DNA from: Trichoplax adhaerens | Taxonomy: Eukaryota; Animalia; Placozoa | Direction of reading: 5' to 3' | Assembly: GCF_000150275.1 (NCBI RefSeq) | Contig: NW_002060949.1 | Coordinates: 2,043,836-2,107,835, forward strand | Length of the DNA: 64,000 nt | In this document: positions 1-15,300 of the stretch, piece by piece | Position numbering within the stretch: the stretch's first letter is position 1 | How the letters are laid out: the number at the start of each line of letters is the position of its first letter | Made by a program: the position numbers and the translations under genes | Notes under the pieces: model-generated | Told to the model about the DNA's origin: nothing | Database searches by the model: none | What the model saw: the letters and a program-made list of their open reading frames with translations, nothing else

Positions 1-120
1 CAACAGTACAGTGTTCAATTACAGTGGTACGTTACAGTTAAAATGACCAGTAAAAATTTGGCGATAGACGCTTTGCTAGTATCAGCAATGAACGACGATG
101 ACCCAGGAAAGGGACAGTAT

Positions 121-160
121 GGTATGGAACGGAACGATATGGTACGGTACGGTACGGTAC
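121..160. repeat. (GGWAC)n pentamer microsatellite
   Basis: ggtatggaacggaacgatatggtacggtacggtacggtac. Confidence 0.8.
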
Positions 161-188
161 CCATGACATGACCAGTCGTTAGACTTAC

Positions 189-248
189 GTCGTCGCCGAC
201 ACAATCTAATACTGAATCATATACAAAATAGACTTTTATGAGTACCAT
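189..248 (-). CDS. Probable first coding exon (MVLIKVYFVYDSVLDCVGDD) of a divergent gene continuing left of the window; weak resemblance to an HPS4/CCZ1-type longin N-terminus
   Basis: ATG at 248, 20 codons, then a strong GTAAGT donor at 188; head-to-head with the gene at 497. YFVYD..GD recalls HPS4 YFFLYD..GD, but 20 aa is too short to name. Confidence 0.4.
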
Positions 249-365
249 GATAGCGCGATCTTAAAAGAAATTATCCTTTATCTATACTATAACTGGGAAC
301 TAGTGAATCAACATCATGATAGTGCTTAGACTCAAGTGAGACAAATGCATTGGGAAAGGCGATTA

Positions 366-373
366 CGCGCCAA
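366..373 (-). promoter_or_regulatory. E2F-like site TTGGCGCG in the divergent promoter upstream of the DSN1-like gene
   Basis: CGCGCCAA on + about 125 nt before the ATG of a kinetochore gene; single short motif. Confidence 0.3.
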
Positions 374-496
374 GGTCAAATCCAACTTAATCGGGATAAG
401 GATTACAGGCTGGCTAATTCTAATTTCTCCCCTTTTTCTTCTCCAATCTCCATTTTCCTCTCTGCTAGGATATTATACAGGTTACTGTAACCATCC

Positions 497-3400
497 ATGG
501 CAGAAGTAACATCACCGATTTCCCCTTCTGAGTAAGTGGATTGTGCTTAGGCGTAGGTTAATTATTATCAATTGGATGATAGCATGTCCTTTTCCATCTT
601 CATCATCAAGACGAACTAACCTGTTGATATCTTGTATTATGATCATGGCGAATAGGCTTCCTCGTGAATTTCATGGACCATTGGTAAGGATTGATGGTAG
701 AAATAGTCAATCATGTCATCCTATTGTAATGTCTTACTTTCCATAAAACGTGTCCTAATCAGTATTGCTCATCAGCTCTCGGTACGGTAGATTAGATAAT
801 CTGCGGACATTACAGCCGATAGTTACAATTGAAATATTGATTGATTTTAACCTAATAATTGGATTTCATCATTCTTCAGCAACAAATTGACAAATGATAT
901 TCTACATGGCTAAGATTTATCCTATGTCTGCAATAGACTATCGGGCTACAAAATAGTGCATACTTTAGTCATAAATTTTGTAGTAAATTGATACTTTACA
1001 CTATTATATTTTACTGCCAGGTCTTAGCGAGTAGTAGGAATTATTCCACCTTTCCTTGAACAGGTAGATGGATTATAATTATAATCAGTTTTATAGCTAG
1101 TAATCGTCCACAGATAGACAATAACTTACCATATAGCTAGTAATCGTCCTTGTACAAGTAACTTACCATTCTTGTATGTCACATGGACACACCATTTTAT
1201 ACCCACTTAGTAATTAATTATAATACATGACATCATCTACTTTACTATTAGGCCATCATTTTATCTTTCCTACAATCATGATAGATACAGTACAATAAAA
1301 GTGCGGTACAAACAATTACTGCTGTATGATCATGATGAAATACATGGTGCCAATTGGTTTAATAAAGCTTTGGTAATGATGGTATAGATGTAAGGGAAAC
1401 TAATGTATCTAAAATGATTGCTTTACATTTTTACAGGTCAATGAAGATTCTATTGGTTTTCAATTTGATCGACGTCGTAGACGTCAGGTAAATTGCTTCC
1501 ACTTTGATATCTTAAAGTAAAGAAATTGATACTGTACTTGGACTTGGATGTACTACGTAATACGTATAGCAATGTTTGCTACTGAATGACTGCTCGATTA
1601 CTGTAAATAATACTGCAAAATAAATTAAAAAAAAGCCCTCCTGACATCATGATACTCGTATTGAATTGTGATAGCCAGTTATATTAAACATGACATTCAC
1701 TTTACAAGGCTTTAACACCATCAATACAGATGAATTTAATCTACATTGTTGCATTGTATCGCATTTTAGGAAGGAATGAAACGTAAGAAACGGCGACCAT
1801 CTAGCTTTCACATGAACAAGAGTGAATCAGCATCAATTGCAGATCATGTTCTGCAAAGTATATCTAAAAGTAAGTACACGATCTATCTTTCCAATCATTA
1901 AATAATGATGGTAACTATTAGCTACTTTTGTTTCGGTATTCAATCAACTTTAATGTGCATTAACATTATTCCATATCTCGCCTAAGCAAGATAAATACAT
2001 CGTGCCAATGGACAATGCTCTGCATAGTATTTTATACATGTTAAAATCGAGCTCAATGCCGGTAGTTCATGATTCTATAATGATACTTACTCAAAAATCG
2101 CACGTTATTAACACGATCGCTAACAAATTACATTAGTAAATGCAGTCAATATTAGTTATGATCAATTTTATATCAGTAAAGTATGATTTACTAGTAGATG
2201 CGATCGTGTGGAAGCTAAGAGTTGATACTTTTAACGCAGAGTAAGCGCATTGAAAATGTGTAGTAGGTGCTAATTACAATCACATCTTATGCGACAAATT
2301 ATCATACAATTAATTATTCACTGAATAAACTAGCCTAATCCTCAAAATAGTGTTAAGATAGTCAAACATCTTACATGTTCTGTATGAAAACACAGGTAAT
2401 GTGGAAGCGGAAACCCAGCAAGTTGAATCAAAGAAAGAAAATCCGAATGAGATTGTTACGACACCTATTGCTGAGAAACTAATGAGTATCGTCCGAGATG
2501 TTTTGAATGTAAGCCAAGCAGAATAACGTTTTCCTAACTTGGATTTAGAAGTGATGTCTGTTTTAAGCCACAGCTATTATATATATATATTATTGTACTT
2601 TCTTATATTTTGATTTCAATTTTTATTGATTCACTTATAGGAAAGTTTAATTGAGATATCGGCACAAATTGACTTTCAAAGTGATGGTAAGTAAATCTGT
2701 TATGCTGTCATCAATATATTACGTACATTACGTACTTGTCAATAAAGCAATAATTTACTCAATAATCTAGCAGTATTACTAGTATTATAGTCAAGATCCA
2801 TTTTCACCTTTCCTTTAAATTAATAGCATTACCTAAAGTTAATCTATTGAAATGTTTAAATAACAAAATAACATATTTTGGGTTCTTATTGATCATATAG
2901 ACACAGAAAAAGTTTCAAATGATGTTCTGGAAAATATTACAGCTGAACATATACAACGTTTATTAATAGAGATGTAAGACTATCGTGACTTAAAGATAAT
3001 GTAAACTTTGAGACATTTCCTGCAGATATGGCATTACATTTCTTTCAGGCAACAACAAGATGAAGTTCGCCAAATTCTTACCGAAAGGATTAATTGGTGT
3101 GTTTTTATAACATTTTGCAACGATTCAGTGCGCTGAAAATTTTATCCGTTTTGTTTATATATTTCATACTATGTTAGTATTAAAAATGAACAAGATGATT
3201 GGAAAAATTACGAAAAAGGACTAGCAGATCAAGCACAAACACAAAAAGATGAGCTTGAAAAGTTTGTAACATTTTATCTTAAAGAAGAATCAACAAGTGT
3301 TCGTATCGATGTAATTAGCTATTAATCACGTCTGTCTGTATATTGGCGATTAGACCAATAGACCTGGTATCTTTAGAAAAAGACATACTCCCTGAATATC

Positions 3401-3896
3401 AACAACTTCTATCTTCAAACCTGGACTGTGAAAAGTTACTGAAAGAACTTGATGAAAAGAGATCTAAACTTAGTTTTGAGGTATTCTATTAAATCAGTCA
3501 TAATTGTAAGTATGGTTTGTAGATACAACACCTTTTGAAATGCCCGTTAAATAATTTTAGTTAAAGAAACTGAGAGATGAAACATTAAGCATGGCTACTG
3601 AGATTATTCCTCAATGCGAAGAAATACAGGACCAGTTTGAAAGTTGTGGTGAGTGTAATTGCAAATACGAGTATGAGAATCGTAGTGAACAAATAGCATT
3701 GATACAAGTATTTTTAACATTAATTAGTACGATAAGTAACGACATAAAATCTGTTAGTGTGCAGATTTAGACTTAAATTACAATACTATGTATGCTAATA
3801 CTCTTTGTTTCTTCTAAAGTTGGAAATCTACCCAGTACAACTACAGCAAAAGAACTAATGCAGAACATACTGGATGAATCGAGCCAGATACAATGA
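497..3896 (+). CDS. DSN1: DSN1/Mis13-like MIS12-complex kinetochore protein (about 12 exons)
   Basis: Phase-consistent exons 497-531, 656-683, 1437-1487, 1770-1869, 2396-2508, 2641-2686, ~2901-2973, then ~3049, ~3178, ~3354-3480, 3561-3648, 3820-3896. The product has EDSIGFQFDRRRR, a basic KRKKRRPSS patch, PIAEKLMSI, a coiled coil with E..W (NEQDDWKNY) and a C-terminal TAKELMQNIL, in Dsn1 order. Confidence 0.6.
1092..1169. repeat. Local ~40-bp tandem duplication in an intron
   Basis: TATAGCTAGTAATCGTCC at 1092 and 1132; TAACTTACCAT at 1122 and 1159. Confidence 0.8.
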
Positions 3897-4398
3897 TGGA
3901 AATAATTGTTTGCGAAGGTTGTCTATAGCTTTACACATATGAGGCTGATATATTACAGTCAACTGCTACGCATAGTATATACTCTATAAATGTACAGCAA
4001 GTTCAGGTATTTGGTAACAAAATCCTAATTTACACTTCAATGTGTAATATTATACTATATAATGTAATTTAGTAAGGATATTCCGGCAATGATTGATAGC
4101 TTATTTGACAATTACCATCTTAATTTCATCAGCAATGTAAATTAAGCTACTGGAATCGATTTTATTATTTTTAATTAATATCATCAACGCAACAGGTCAC
4201 TTAATGTCATGTGTAGTGCTGCTTAAACATTATTGATAATATCTTTATTGCACAACAGTGTACAGAAAATAAAAGTTTTCCACAATTTCCGAAGTAAATA
4301 ATGGAGTGCTAAATGAACAGATTTTATAGTATTTCTCTCGTTCATTTTGTTGCATTGCTTTAACAGAGTAAATCTGATAGTCATGACTTATCAGCTAT

Positions 4399-6658
4399 CT
4401 AGCATACTGATTTTGACCTTTTACTAAGCCAATCAGCAATTTTCTTATTATTTGCTATTCGATCGAATAGACTTTTCAATCGAGGGCAGTTCTCAAACAG
4501 GCTTTGATTTTGTTCTAATAAATATTCACTAATACAGAAAAATTCTAGATCGGCCAAAGTTATCTACAAGAATAGAGGTAAATTCATCATCATCATTGCT
4601 TTAGTATTCTTTACTTACTTATACAGTTATACTAATAGGGTACCATTTCAACATCATCGCAAAGATAAAACTTAAACTACGCACAAATTGGTAAAACTTC
4701 GTTGCTTACCGTGTTGCCAACCAAGTAGTCAGATTCTAGGCCTGCTTCCAAAGCCTTCAGCCATGTTGATTTATATTTGCAATAATCTTCTTGAAGATTT
4801 CGCTATATCAGTATTAAAATACGTTAACATTGGCAATACTCGTATACCATCAGGTATTTGACATTTTATGGAGGAAAATGAAATCGCAATACTTTTATAA
4901 ATATAAAGATACGAATATACTACTATCATTGATTACATCCACAGATTCTTGTTTCCGAAAGCTGAATATTTGCTACGGGGATGTAGTATATAAATATGTT
5001 CTCTTGGTTTAAGATAATGTTGGATGATTTTTATGGTTAATGTTGAGGCATAAGGTTTTACAATTATTAGTATCACAATTTAGAGTCAAGTACAGTAATT
5101 TGTACATACTTGGTTGGTAGCAGCAAATCTAAAATTACACTCAAAAATTGATCTACAGTATGCTACTGTGTTACGGTCATTCTTAGTGGGAATTTTAATT
5201 ACAAGAGAGCAGTCTGCCGTATAAAATCGATTTTACAAGCTGCCATATACCAATATACGTATGGCATGCATGCAAGTAAATAGTACATCATTGTATTTAT
5301 TATGGTTATAGAGTACTGCATGTTAATATAGTGAAATTTTGCACTGCTGAATTTGTTGAGCGCTGCTGTGTATCGTACATCATATTCTTAAAGTGACGGG
5401 TTATAAGACTGCAGTATCATTTACTATTCCTTAAGGAATTAGTGCTCAAGATTAAATTCTTATTATACAGAAATGATCAGTTATGAAATAATTGGTTGAA
5501 TAATCGTAAAATTATTTGGTGCCAACAACAATCAAACTTAAGCTGACCTTTTTTTCCTCATCTGGCTCGAATTGAGATGTAAACATTTTGGTAAACATTT
5601 CGTCGACGGAATAAGTTATCATGTCAATCTTGTACTTCTCCCAATTATTCTTGCCATGAAATCCTAATGCAAATATGATCAATCTTTAATCATACCAATG
5701 CCGTTAATAAACTAAGGTTTTACTTCTTATAATTCAAGCGTAAAGTATACTGTACATGTTTACAATACGCCACGCCACCTCTGCGCGATCAGAACTCATG
5801 TACCTGATTCTTTATCACAAATTTATCATTAGATGTGCAATCCTATTCGCACATACTATACGATATAATTATAACCACCATATTGAGCGTTATGAGGTAC
5901 TTTTATTTGCTCATTACGCTATTATTTTTTATAGCAGATTTACAATGCGCATAGCAACTATGATCTTCCATTTAACTGTAGGGGTATTATTCACCTACCG
6001 AAAGTCAACGCTAAATAGCTTTCAATTGCAATGCTTTCGATAAAAACTTTACCATCCACTTCCAGAACTGGCAATCGGCGAAAAGGGTTCTTCACAGCTA
6101 ATTTTAGTAGATAAATACAAAGTCATCACCCTTGAGCAGAATACTTATAAGTTATAATAGACTATGCCAAAGCTAATTTGATCATGCAATACAAATTTTT
6201 TTCAGCCAAAGTTATTGTACTCTAGTGGAGTCGTCAGCATAGTATACAAGTACGGTATACTGCACTTTTAACAGTTTAATGATCAAAATCTGCTGAATTA
6301 TAATAGATTTAAAAGAAGTTAACGTTGTACAGTATAATGAATCCATCAAGGAAACGTCGGCATAAAGTCAGCTGTTAACCAGTTGCTACATACAATAGCA
6401 GACTGCAGCTGCCTTCTACAATGCAAAAGTTGCAATCACTAAAATCAGGAGAATACAATTTACATGTAGCATTTTATAAGCACCATCCAAATAGGATCAA
6501 ATTCGACGATGATACAGTGCATTACTTTGTTTATAGGTGGGCCAATCTTCTTCGGAGATTCGTTCGTCAATAAATGGAACATCAGCTAAAACGAATAGGT
6601 AGCGTGCGACTTCCGCTCGTGCACGGATGTTAAAGTAGGTAAGTTTGTAAGTTGGCAT
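4399..6658 (-). CDS. Glutathione S-transferase, sigma-class-like (paralogue 1, 5 exons)
   Basis: [20 protein letters not shown]..., NPFRRLPVLEVDGKVFIESIAI, GFHGKNNWEKYKIDM, YLVGNT|ITLADL; stop TAG at 4399-4401. Confidence 0.92.
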
Positions 6659-7638
6659 GGTATTGTACGTATATTTATTTTTAATTAGTTAATGGCGCTA
6701 TTTCACTTTAGATGCAAGTACTGTATATCTAAGATTACCAACCAAGATGAGCTCCTTGCAACTGTCTCCACACGGCCCATCAAATGACTGCTGCTGCATA
6801 CCTAGCTACAATAACTGAAGAACTTTAATTCAAGAAGTCCTGTCCTGGCCGCCGTCCATTTGTTTCAATAGTAAATACAGTATAGAGTACTGGCAGCTTG
6901 ACAAGTACGAACATGTTGCTAAGTTAACATTGTACATACTGTATTCATTTTCTCCACGTGATAGCTAGCTATTGCTGTACTAATTTTACTATTTGCATAT
7001 CTGTGAGGGTTATGCTTGGGAGGAGTAGCTTCTATTTTTGTTGACAATACAGTATTCATATTTGATCTGCAGCTCAAAACATAGTTCGGATGGAAAATTG
7101 ATAGCGGTAACATGTACGCTACTTTGATCTTATTCTTTGATGTATCGTTTTGTGGTAACGACAGCATAAGGTCGTTTCATCATAAGGTGCAATGCGAAAA
7201 AGAATTGAGTTAGGAGCTAAACCGATCGATAAATAGATCTATAATTGCCAATATGTTTATTATTTATTAAGACTCACACGACGTTCACAGAAATCAGTCG
7301 AATGTAAAAATGATTTCTCAAACATGTTCACTTGATCAATAATTAAATTAGAAGATAAGATTAAGTTATACTGTCTACGTCAGGTCTAGTCTACGATCCA
7401 AATGACAATAATTAACCACAATTTGTTGAGCTGTATTGAGTTTATTGGCACTTATAACTTAGAAGCAGCTCCAGGTCACGCATACTGCACATCGCCAAGA
7501 GCCAGAAATGCTAACATCATTACGATGACTGATTCATTTTATTAACTTATTACATGTATCCTACCATTGTAACCGCAATAGCAATATTTTTAAAATGACT
7601 ACAGTAAAGTATGGTATCGTACTATTCCAATAAATGGA

Positions 7639-9288
7639 TTAATAGTCTCTCTTTGGTCTTTTATTTCTCCATTCCGCGATTTCTTTGACATTAGCCACAC
7701 GATCGAACAAAACCTTCAAACTAGGAAAATTGTCAAAGACATGCTCATCATCGTCCACTAAGTATTCAGCTCCACAAAAAAATTGGAGATCTGCCAAAGT
7801 TAACTAAAAGAAAAGATTAATATTTAGTAGATGTGTTAGCATATCATCCTCTCCTTAGTCTCTTATGCAAAATACATATATTGACCATCCGATATCAACA
7901 ACGTTTTCCTGTCATATAGAGTCTAGAACGGTACTCGTTTGTCATTTGTAGCGACTTACCCTATCGCAAACCAAGTACTCGAATTTGTTACTTTGAAAAA
8001 TTGCCTCCGTGGCCTTTAGCCAGACCGGAAGAAACTTTAAATAGTTATTCCTGCTAACTTCCTGCAGTAACATCAACATCAAATAAATATTGGATCGTAG
8101 TTCATAAATTGCCGTTCATTAGTGCATCCAAAATTATAATTATATATATATATATAATATTGAACCAATACGGCAAAGTATAACTGCTAAAAGCAGCCGT
8201 AAGCTGAAATTCTGCTCAAGTCAGCAAATAACTATGGCCGCATAGGCAAGAAATTATTTCTAGTCTTGTATGCTTCAAATATTCTAACCCTTCTCTTTTC
8301 ATCTGTTTCAAACGCTGCTATCATATATTTTTCTATCAGATCCGTAACAGCGGACGACACCATATCAATCTGATATTTTTCGTAGTTATTGTTACCATGA
8401 AGACCTAATAGCAAATTAGGAATCGGATATAATTATTACTTACTTATTAATTTATATGGAAACTAGAATTCGAATTGATTGAGATAAATGCAATTTGCAA
8501 ATACATAAACTGACGTACCGAAGGTTGCAGCTAAGTAATTCTCGATAGCTAAGCTTTCAATGAAGACTTTACCATCAATCTCTAAGCAGGGCAGCTGCTT
8601 AAAAGGATTCTTTACGGCTAATAACGATGATTGCAATAGTATTAGGAATAATAGCAAGAATTGCATTACATTGACATTACAGTACAAGTACGCGTGTACT
8701 GTGCAATATGTAACTGTTAAATTTGAGCAATGAATTTGATCGACATTACGTCTAACAAATGAGCTTTCTGCATGAATACAATTTCCAGTCTTGCTTTTTA
8801 GCCTGTATCATTCAAGGACTATTAGAAGACTCTCTCTTCTTCTAGTAGTCATTCAATCACTCTATGTTGATGTCTAATCATATTACAAGCTAGTGAAAAT
8901 AAAAGACGTGCGGTTTTAAGCAGAAATTTTATAGTACCAATGGTTGGAGCTCATAAAAGAACCTGACGCAATCAGCATGTTTCACTATTCAAGAAGAGAC
9001 ACCGAAACGTGCCATATAGTACGTTACAGTAGATGGCACAACACAAAATTTGCAGTCATTGCAGATATCACCATAAGGGAAATACACGTAACATTTTAAT
9101 ATTTGGCACGGCTAGCTAAATATACATGGTTAAGCCGGCTGAGGCCTCTGCTTACTTGGTTTAATCTTGGGCCATTCTTCTTCGGTGAAACGTTCGTCGA
9201 CATAATCAATACCTGCTACTGCTAAAATATAACGGCTGACTTCAGCTCGGCCACGAATATCAAAATAAGTAAGCTTATATGATGGCAT
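7639..9288 (-). CDS. Glutathione S-transferase, sigma-class-like (paralogue 2, 5 exons)
   Basis: [20 protein letters not shown]..., NPFKQLPCLEIDGKVFIESLAI, GLHGNNNYEKYQIDM, LTLADLQF...WRNKRPKRDY*; same intron positions as paralogue 1. Confidence 0.93.
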
Positions 9289-9482
9289 CTTTGCAATTTG
9301 TTGGAATGCAGTAAAATCGAAGGATCACTGATATATGTAATTTAATGTACAGAAAGTACCAAAGTTAGAACGTTTCAGGAGAAAGAGCAAGCACCAAATA
9401 AATCAATGCAGCACAAGATCGAAAAAATGCTCCGACCGACCTTTTATTAAATTCAGAAAAGTTTCTTATGTGTTGATAAAAT

Positions 9483-9551
9483 TACTGTACTGTACTATCT
9501 ATCTGTCCATCTGTGGAGTACAGTACAGTACTGTACTGTAGTATACAGTAC
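9483..9551. repeat. (ACTGT/ACAGT)n pentamer cluster in the GST2/GST3 divergent promoter
   Basis: tactgtactgtac ... gtacagtacagtactgtactgtagtatacagtac. Confidence 0.75.
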
Positions 9552-10004
9552 TTTCCACAAAAACTGCGCTGGCAGCGCAGCTAGTGCAGGACACTGCAGG
9601 TTGCTAAGAGCTCGGACTCGACTAAAGGGAATAATATTCCGATGCTGAAGGTTTAGGCACCTAAAACTAAACAAACTTCTATTTGTACGCGTATATTAAT
9701 TAATTCTATTTATTTATTTATGCACAGTTAACCATTGAACTTGCAGAGTCAGGTGACAAGGTACCGCACAATACAGTAACTGCTATGTGGCATTGTGCAC
9801 GTTTGTGTAAACCCACTGCGGCCTACAATTGCTACAATACTCCCTCCCTCATTTAGTGTGATAGTAAATAACGTCCTAGTTCACGCTGCCTCAGCTAGGC
9901 TAGTCTAATACTGCGCAAGGATTACCAACTTTTCATTTTACTCGTCTTTCTTCGTTGTAAGCTTTGCAGGTTGTTTTTTCCAACGCGACGTTGACCAAGC
10001 TTGA

Positions 10005-11623
<1,619 letters not shown>

Positions 11624-12336
11624 TCTAACAGATACAGAAATATAAAGCGACGTAATTTTGAGTAATTGCATTTTCGTTTAGGGATGCAATTTTAATTATC
11701 AATAGTTTGTCTTTCTCTTTCTCGTGTTCTTCGTGAAAGTATGAAAATCTTTGAAATAAATGGTACGACTTAAAACCTCTCCGGCAGTAATCTTCGTATG
11801 GTTATTATTAGAAATGACAGTAATTTTATGGCCCTATGACTTGACTCTACACTGTAGTATAATAAAGCCTGTTCAAGAGAAATTTTTCGATTTCAGAAAG
11901 TTGGTTCAACTTTTGCTAATTTTGAACGCATTCTTATCACATAAAAAATTGTAATTGATGAATTTCAACAATCTGATCAACATTATCATACAATTAAAGG
12001 AAAATTAACCTTTGACGACTCCGAACTTAAACAGCTCATAATAATCATTCAGTTTTGGCATGAATGCGAATTACCCATTTATCACGGTATTTTTGCACCG
12101 AATTAAGACAAAATATATAATACTTTTAAATTATGTCTTCTTTAAGGGTTAAATTTATTATTATAGTTTTCGTATTAACTCAGGTGTAGTACAAGTTCAT
12201 TATTAACCGCCAATCAAATCAAAACATGCTACTACACATAGCATAATATCAACTTGACATAACCAAAACATAAAAGGCTAAAGTTAGAAATAAGTAAACA
12301 ATTTTGCGCAAAGATATTTTTATCCAAAAATGAAGG

Positions 12337-15300
12337 TTATGCATCTTTACTGGCTGGAATAACATAATTTTGTAGAAAATTTATCATATCGCTATTTTCG
12401 AGATCTGTTTCAAGGAAACGGTCTACAATTGTTGAGTATCTAAAGGAAGTTAAAACCATAAAAAATGTTAAGTTAGATAATAACAGAACAACTTACTATT
12501 GCCCCTATAATACTTTACGGAAGTTAAGACGATATTGTACACTGTACAGACCTAAATCTATGGAAGAACTAGTCTCGACTGATATATATATATTATACAG
12601 TATATATATATATATATACAAAAAAAACTAGATAATTTTACTCTAATAAATTATTGGTGAATCAGTCAGGCGTAACCGTTAAATGTAATCTACAGTTCCG
12701 TAGTGTGATACATTTTTAATCGCTCCGCAGTAGATTCTGAACCACTTCGGGTAATTGCATCTCCCTGGATTATCGCCTCGGCAATCTGTGATTTAAATAA
12801 TAGTACACGTATTTTAGAATTGAAAAGTAGTAGAGTGATCTATGTACATGTCGTGCATTAGTCAAAGCACGAAAAGTGAATTTTCCAAACTACTTCTCTG
12901 CCTCGAGATAGGACATGAGTTGGAATATGAGCTACAGCTGCTACGTGATACGCTAGACTTCTAGAAGATAACCCATCCAATAGCTGATACAAGTATGCAA
13001 TGTTGTCTTTTTCTATCAAGGTATCCATTGTCTATGTAAGATGGGTAATAAATAGGTTAAAAAATATTTTTTTAAAGTCGTAAAGTCTATATCCTACACG
13101 ATAATTTACTCCATTCATTAACTTCTCATAGTAAAATGAAAATAACACCATTAATTTAGTAATACATCAGAATTTCATATTTTATATCTTAGTTTATATT
13201 AATTAATTAAATTAAACTAAGTCTATGTATAACGTCGACAAAAGAAATAAAAATTTTCAAAATACGTTTAATACGTACCTGATACTTTAAAAGATCTGAT
13301 TGTGGTAGAATATTATGTTTCTGAATGCTAGTAAAGTGAGTTGATATTAAAATTTTTGGTGGACATCTTTTCTCCAGCCAAAATTCAATAATGGCAATTG
13401 TAAGGCTTAAACCATCGATCTATATCACGTTTCATTGCAAATAAAAGGTCGGTTTTATATTCTATAGATAATTTCGAGTTGGCAACTTCTATACGTAAAT
13501 TCGAGATATAATTCATAGAAATCTTTACGTAAGAAGGATTTAACTAACTGGAGAAGTAAATTTTCCGAATTCGTCAATTAATATTAAAGATTTTTCGGTC
13601 GCACCCATCAAGCTAGTGGCAATCTAATTATTTTATAACAGATAGCATTTGGACATTAATCAATGAACTAGTTATGGTAAAGAATAAAGATACAGTAGAA
13701 TAATGCGATATCTTCGAATATGTTGTACGGTAAGATTTCTGCGATCGAGGTTTACCTCCGTTAATTCAATTGCAAATGCTGATAAGTTTACGGAAATCGT
13801 CTCGTGAGTTTGGATTCGAGTATAAATTCTATCTGAAATGCCAATTTCAGCCTCCTCTGCTGGAACAAAACTCCCGATATGTGCCATATATACTATTAGA
13901 CCGACCTTACGGGGATATAATTAAAGTATTGAAATAGAACTATTTTCAGTTATTCCATCTTTTGATGTGATAGTTAAACTTATATCAGTACCATACATTG
14001 AGTGTTTATTTGTTTAGTACCTGTTTCAGATACACACTCTTTCCACTGGCGTTAGGACCGGTGATAATGTTAATTCTGTCTTTTTGTTCCTCTATATATG
14101 TATCATTCGGAATGAATTTTCCGGGATCAAGGCAACATTCTTGGAGAGGATGCCTATAAAATTTGACGTTGACGCAAAGAATATTTTATTATACCTTAGC
14201 TAAACTCTAATAAAGAAAACAGAGTCTTCATTTATGTAAGACCGTATTGCTGATGATTTACTTATTATATTGAATAGAGTAAAAGTTTACAGTTAATAAA
14301 TAATTTGCTATATGCACAGTACTATGGTATCAGGTTGCACTTCGATATATTCATTAGCTATGAGAAAGTCAGTAAATATAGCGTGACATCTCACTTACTA
14401 TGTAAACTTTATAACACAATATAATTTAATCTTAGTTTATCTAGCAATCCATATGAAAGACATACAGACACTTGAATTAATATTTAGCATACAAAAGTTG
14501 CACAACTGACACAAACTACGATATGATTGTTATAACATCACAGGTACACTTTACTATAGCACTAAGCGCTAAATAAAATTAGTAGTACTATTGCTGAGCT
14601 ATAGGTAATGAACCTACCTTCCCTTTTTAATAGCTATTTTATTTGCTTCAGTTAACTTTGGACGAATGAAATTATTTTGCTTAGCTAAAATCGTCAGGGC
14701 AATAAGACTAACACAAAATAGCATGGGATTTTACAACCACTTCATTGAGCACAGTACACAAAATACAACTGTATAGATATCTGTGATATCTACCAATCTA
14801 ATTCGGCGATTTTTTCGAGTAAAGAGAGAATATCATCTTTATGTTGTAATACTACTTCCTGCAGCTGAAGCATAATTTCTATTTCTTTATCTACAATATA
14901 ATGGATATAGTGTAAGGATTCAAGCCATCACTCAGCCCATCTGTCTATACATGCGGTCACATTTGTTGATAACCAGTAAATAAGTGTAATAATGAGTGGA
15001 TATAAAATTCGCATTTTATTTCTCACCTAGTAATCTACATTGAGTATCTCCTAAGGATTCATCCAGTTCTGAACATAAAGATTATTTTAAGAATTTATTA
15101 AATAAAGTATGGAGTATCAATGTCTAATCAAGCGTGAAATATGATATTCCAGACTATCGCCATTCCTTAAATTAATAACTGTACCTTTGGTAAGAGGGCT
15201 CTTATAGTACGCCACATCGTTGGAAACAAACTAATACCGAAGCGTAAAAATAAGCAAATAGAGTTTGTTCAGGTAGATATAAAAAATTGTAGCATAATCA

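Noticed and set aside
6991-7042. Octamer ATTTGCAT plus Sm-like ATTTTTG as an snRNA gene
   Set aside because: No recognisable snRNA sequence or structure, and the spacing is wrong.
12583-12618. (TA)n microsatellites here and at ~2578 and ~8139
   Set aside because: Ordinary short intronic microsatellites.
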